DNA of 64,000 nucleotides, taken from Takakia lepidozioides. Its lineage: Eukaryota > Plantae > Bryophyta. A program made the position numbers and the translations under genes. Location of the stretch: contig CM060731.1 in assembly GCA_030704615.1 (NCBI GenBank), forward strand, positions 90,892,001-90,956,000, written 5' to 3'. Positions within the stretch are counted from its first letter, which is position 1; every line of letters begins with the position of its first letter. Below are positions 60,408 to 64,000 of the stretch, in pieces. The notes beneath the pieces are model-generated. The model was not told where the DNA came from, ran no database searches, and saw nothing but the letters and a program-made list of their open reading frames with translations.

Positions 60408-62660
60408 TAGCACCACCACCGCATGACAGCCAGTCACACAACTCCGAAAACCTGGATGCATATGTTATTGAAGCTATTCTAGGCATCAAAACCCAAACAT
60501 CGATAGACTCTTTTGGTGCCACATGTGTAGGCACTTACTACCTCTGTAAATGGGCCGGGTACTCCTCCGGAGATAACACTTGGCAAATTGAAGAAGCTCT
60601 TTTCGGCTCCCATAATGACTGTGACCCCGCCCATAACCTCACCCTCCTGACCAACTTCCACAAACTTACCAACACCAACTTCCTCACGCATATTCATCAA
60701 CAACATACCTCCCCCACCCAACCCAAAGATCAAAGATATGTACAAAACCCAATCCAAGCCCTCAACCTCCATATCCATACCATGGAATGCAACCTTGACA
60801 ACGACATTAACCACAATTCCCCCATGATATACATGGGCCCGCGCTTCTCTAATATCTATGATAAATACGGAAGATTCATAAGCTTAATCCCGAATAGCCG
60901 TCTGAAATGGTTATGGGAGAAATACTCCAACGCCCCAAGCCACATACCATCTCTCCAACCCCCCAAACAGGACTTTGCCACCGAAATAGACTGGGTAGTT
61001 CTGGGACCTTGTGATCAGGTGGTCAGCCTTGGTATGTGCCGACATTGAGGAGTGTGTACCATCTGATTTCGGCACGACTCAGGAGTAATTTGTGGATGTG
61101 CCAGACTGCTTGGTTATGGCGGGTGATGTGTAGGCCGTGTATAATGGGGTGTGTGCATTGGCTAAGTAGGTGTGGCCAGGTGTCTCGTTCCTGGTGGGTG
61201 TTGGAGCACAGGGGGCAATATGGGGATGGGAAGAGACGTGGCCAAAAAATGTGTTTACATTGGTGACCCATGTACTGGGCGTATTTGAATTTGAGGGTTT
61301 GTCGAATTTGTGCATCGGAGGTGATTTTGGTGTTCCAGAAGTGATTTGAGAGTTTATGGTGGAGTATGGAGGATTGTGTCCATTTTTGTATATGGACTTT
61401 AGTATGGCTGATTGAGGCGGCAACTTGTTTGTTAGCCTCCCGGGTGAGAGTGGCTAGCAGGTTGCGGATAGGTCTAGGTGCAGGTGGTCCTGGGATGGGG
61501 TGAACAAACTAGAATGGGTGAGTGTGGGCAATGTGAATAGGGTTAGAAGATGGGAGTATAGGGGGCTCGGCGGTGCCGAATTGGGCTAGTAAGTCGGCAG
61601 CTTCGTTGCCATTTATCCCAGTGTGCGAGCGAACTTTATGAATGTGGATGGGGTGGGAGTTAGATAGTGCGAGTTGGATAATGGCAGCGATGAGGTTGCG
61701 ATCGGAGTGGTGGTGATGGGATGATGGATGTGCCAGATGGTTACGGAGAAGGAAAAGTGAGGTGAGACTATCCGTAAAGATATAATGGGGGGGGGGGGGG
61801 GGGAAGGCGTTTAGGCTTGATATGGCTTCGTAGATAGCCATAAGTTCTGCTCGTAGAATTGTGGCGGGCCCAGGTACTGGTGGCCGCATGAAACACTCCA
61901 TAACCGGCGCTCGAGTTCATGACGGAGCCGTCTATGTAATGGGAGTGGGAGGGGGGGAACCTGAGAGTTTTGTATTGTTGGTAAATGTGGGGGATGGGCC
62001 CTGGCTACTCCTCTACATATGACCTCACAAACATGCACCTGCCTTGCCAGACTATGTCCGGACATCCTATTGGTGCAAGGCTTGTCCACAAAAGCCTCAC
62101 CCCCCATCACACCCACCAGATCACTCACTATACAATTCATCGAATTCACATTCTGCCATGACCGCTATCCACAAGACGCTATCTTAGATAAAAGACAAAA
62201 ATATGCCCCACTCATCCTAGCTATCTACCCAAGGATGGCGCACTGGTCCCCTCACCGTCATCATAGCAGGTACCAGAGGCGGCATCCACAATGCCAGCAT
62301 TAAAGACCTGCACAAAAAAAATCACATCCCAATCTCCCCAATCCACAAATGCTTCCAAGCTATTCACCTCACAGCTCTTCGCTCTCTCACCGCCATTATC
62401 ACCAATAAAAGAAAACTGGAATCCAACTCCACCGCATTACCCCAAGCACCCGGGGCCCTCCCCGGGGTACACCCCCGGGAGGGGTAAACCCTTCCCTGCT
62501 ACCACTAACCCACCCGTGCATACCCACCTCTGGTTACTAGGTGCCCTACCGGGCACCAGTTTTATCATAGGGCCCACCCCCGACAGGGGGCAATAGCCGC
62601 AAGACAAAGTGGCTCTTAGTTACGCCGGCTCCGGCCGGAGTCTTCTCTCTCTCTCTCTCT
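60408..62660 (+). mobile_element. Dualen-like LINE copy 2: 5'-truncated, internally inverted (~61002-61995) and deleted, with (CT)n tail and 11-bp TSD
   Basis: TSD AGGTCTCCCAT at 60397-60407 and 62661-62671; homologous to 12521-15513; RNase H and CCHC lie in the inverted block. Confidence 0.9.
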
Positions 62661-62754
62661 AGGTCTCCCATCCCCAAAACTAAACCAAGCAGAAAACAAA
62701 AACCACCCCCAATTCACCCCCAAAATCAACCCCAATCCCCCCCCCCCACTAGGC

Positions 62755-63400
62755 TGGCCTCGCGACGGCAAGGCGTTGGTACCAGCGACGTGTTTTTTTG
62801 GCGGGGGTCGCAAGCCGCGAGGGCCGGGCGTCGCAAATACCAATGCAAGCAGCAACGCCCGACCCCCCCTGCGACGGGTTTTTTTGGTCCGGGGGTCGCA
62901 AGCCGCGATGCCCTGGCGTCGCGGATCCCACCACCCTGCCTGCGCCACGTGTTTTTATTTTTTGATTGAATGTAAAGAAAGCGACGCCAGAGCGTCGCGG
63001 GAACCCACGCCCTGGCGTCGCCGAGCCCGACTCCAGCTCCTGCTGATTTATTTTTTTTGGCCACGCCCAATAGTCGCTTGGCGTACCACCCAGCTTACGC
63101 ACGTGTTTTTGGTTTTGAGGATGGGACTCCCGGCAGGTTAGAAAAAAAGGGGATGCGACGCCGCACCATCACCCCCACCAATGCCGTCGGCTGGAAGGCA
63201 GTGACGGCGAGTCGTCGCTTGCAGGAGGCCCCTGCCATCGGCGTGGACAGCCCGAAAAGCGACGTCCGGCAGTCGCGGGAGTTGGGGCGGGGGCTCGCGA
63301 CCCCCATACGTCGCATTTTTGCGACGTTTTTTTTGGCGACGCCCGTGCGACTGCCGTGCGATGGCCAGGCGTCGCAAAAATGGCGCCTGCCTCGTGCCCG
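62755..63400. repeat. Dense GCGACG/CGTCGC motif cluster (subterminal-like repeats)
   Basis: Many direct and inverted GCGACG copies, ending near gggcgttttcctgaca at ~63420. Confidence 0.65.
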
Positions 63401-63419
63401 AAATGGGCGTTTTCCTGAC

Positions 63420-63948
63420 ATGCAAAGGCCCCCCTTCTCCTATAGTGCCTATACTTCCAAACAAACACGGTCTCACTTCAGCCAGCATATCAACATATCT
63501 ACGAACACTTCAAGCCCTTCCTCGCCCCCTCCCACTTCCAACCAAAACCCACCCCACACACCCAATTACCACCTTTGGCCTCCCAATAAGCGACCACCCT
63601 GTGCTAGTCTAGACAACACACAAACTACACCAATATCCCACACAACACCTCCTATTCTCCCTAATCATTAACATCTCTCCACTCCCAACCATATGTAATG
63701 ACTTCTCATGGCCCACCCGGATACACATGTCTGTGCCCTCTTACACACAAATTACAACTACTACCCACCCATCCCCACAATTACCTAGCACCCCCCCATC
63801 ACCTAACTGAACTGCAGGACTCACTCCAACTCCTCCAATCGAACCCCGGAGATGTCCACAAAATACTTGGCGAATACCTCTCCAACTCCACCCTCGACCC
63901 CCACACTATCTCTAACAAATTTCCATTCCTCTCTGAACACATTCTAAA
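63420..63948 (+). mobile_element. Dualen-like LINE copy 1, upstream segment in inverted position
   Basis: Same C/A-rich composition; ...FPFLSEHIL continues into the minus-strand frame at 48054 through the shared 9-mer. Confidence 0.7.
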
Positions 63949-64000
63949 GGGGGGTGCTATTCCGTGAGCCCGGAGGCGTGAGCCCAGGAAAGCATGAGCC
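63949..64000. mobile_element. Second terminus of E3 (inverted), running out of the window
   Basis: ggggggtgctattccgtgagccc aligns without gaps to the E3 left end and E1 right end; followed by CGTGAGCC/CATGAGCC repeats. Confidence 0.8.

Noticed and set aside
55727-63420. A single CACTA element spanning the TnpA-like gene
   Set aside because: The two putative ends are not clear inverted repeats, carry different subterminal motifs, and no TSD was found.

Overview
Eukaryotic, intron-containing plant DNA; inferred to be an early-diverging land plant or streptophyte from short GT-AG introns, remnants of a cytokinin-receptor-type histidine kinase and the TE types present. It is almost entirely nested, partly decayed transposons. 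The backbone is one Dualen/RandI-like non-LTR retrotransposon (APE + RT + PCIF1-like methyltransferase fold + RNase H + CCHC/RLE, (CT)n tail). It is split into four pieces (12521-16335, 31344-33790, 47391-48054, and inverted at ~63420-63948) by three large related Mutator-like elements: E1 16336-31343, E2 33791-47390, and E3 from 48055 with its other end inverted at 63949. These share ~21-bp G-rich/C(A/G)TGAGC termini and have 8-9-bp TSDs. Best candidate for an undescribed system: the 15-kb E1. It carries (i) a GCM-domain/DDE/SWIM transposase; (ii) a divergently transcribed, spliced gene fusing a ParB/Srx-like domain to a beta-class amino (m6A/m4C) DNA methyltransferase; (iii) a head-to-head pair of intact paralogous ORFs of unknown function; and (iv) arrays of the 22-bp palindrome GGAAATGCGGCGCCGCATTTCC with an almost invariant 53-bp period, with single copies in introns. 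E2 and E3 each carry a different palindrome array, which recalls the VANDAL/VANC sequence-specific anti-silencing logic. A Ty3/Gypsy fragment also shows the start of a C5-DNMT-like domain, so three TE classes here carry methyltransferase-like modules. All domain calls are by-eye motif recognition; no searches were run. Most ORFs have frameshifts or stops (real decay or assembly error cannot be distinguished).
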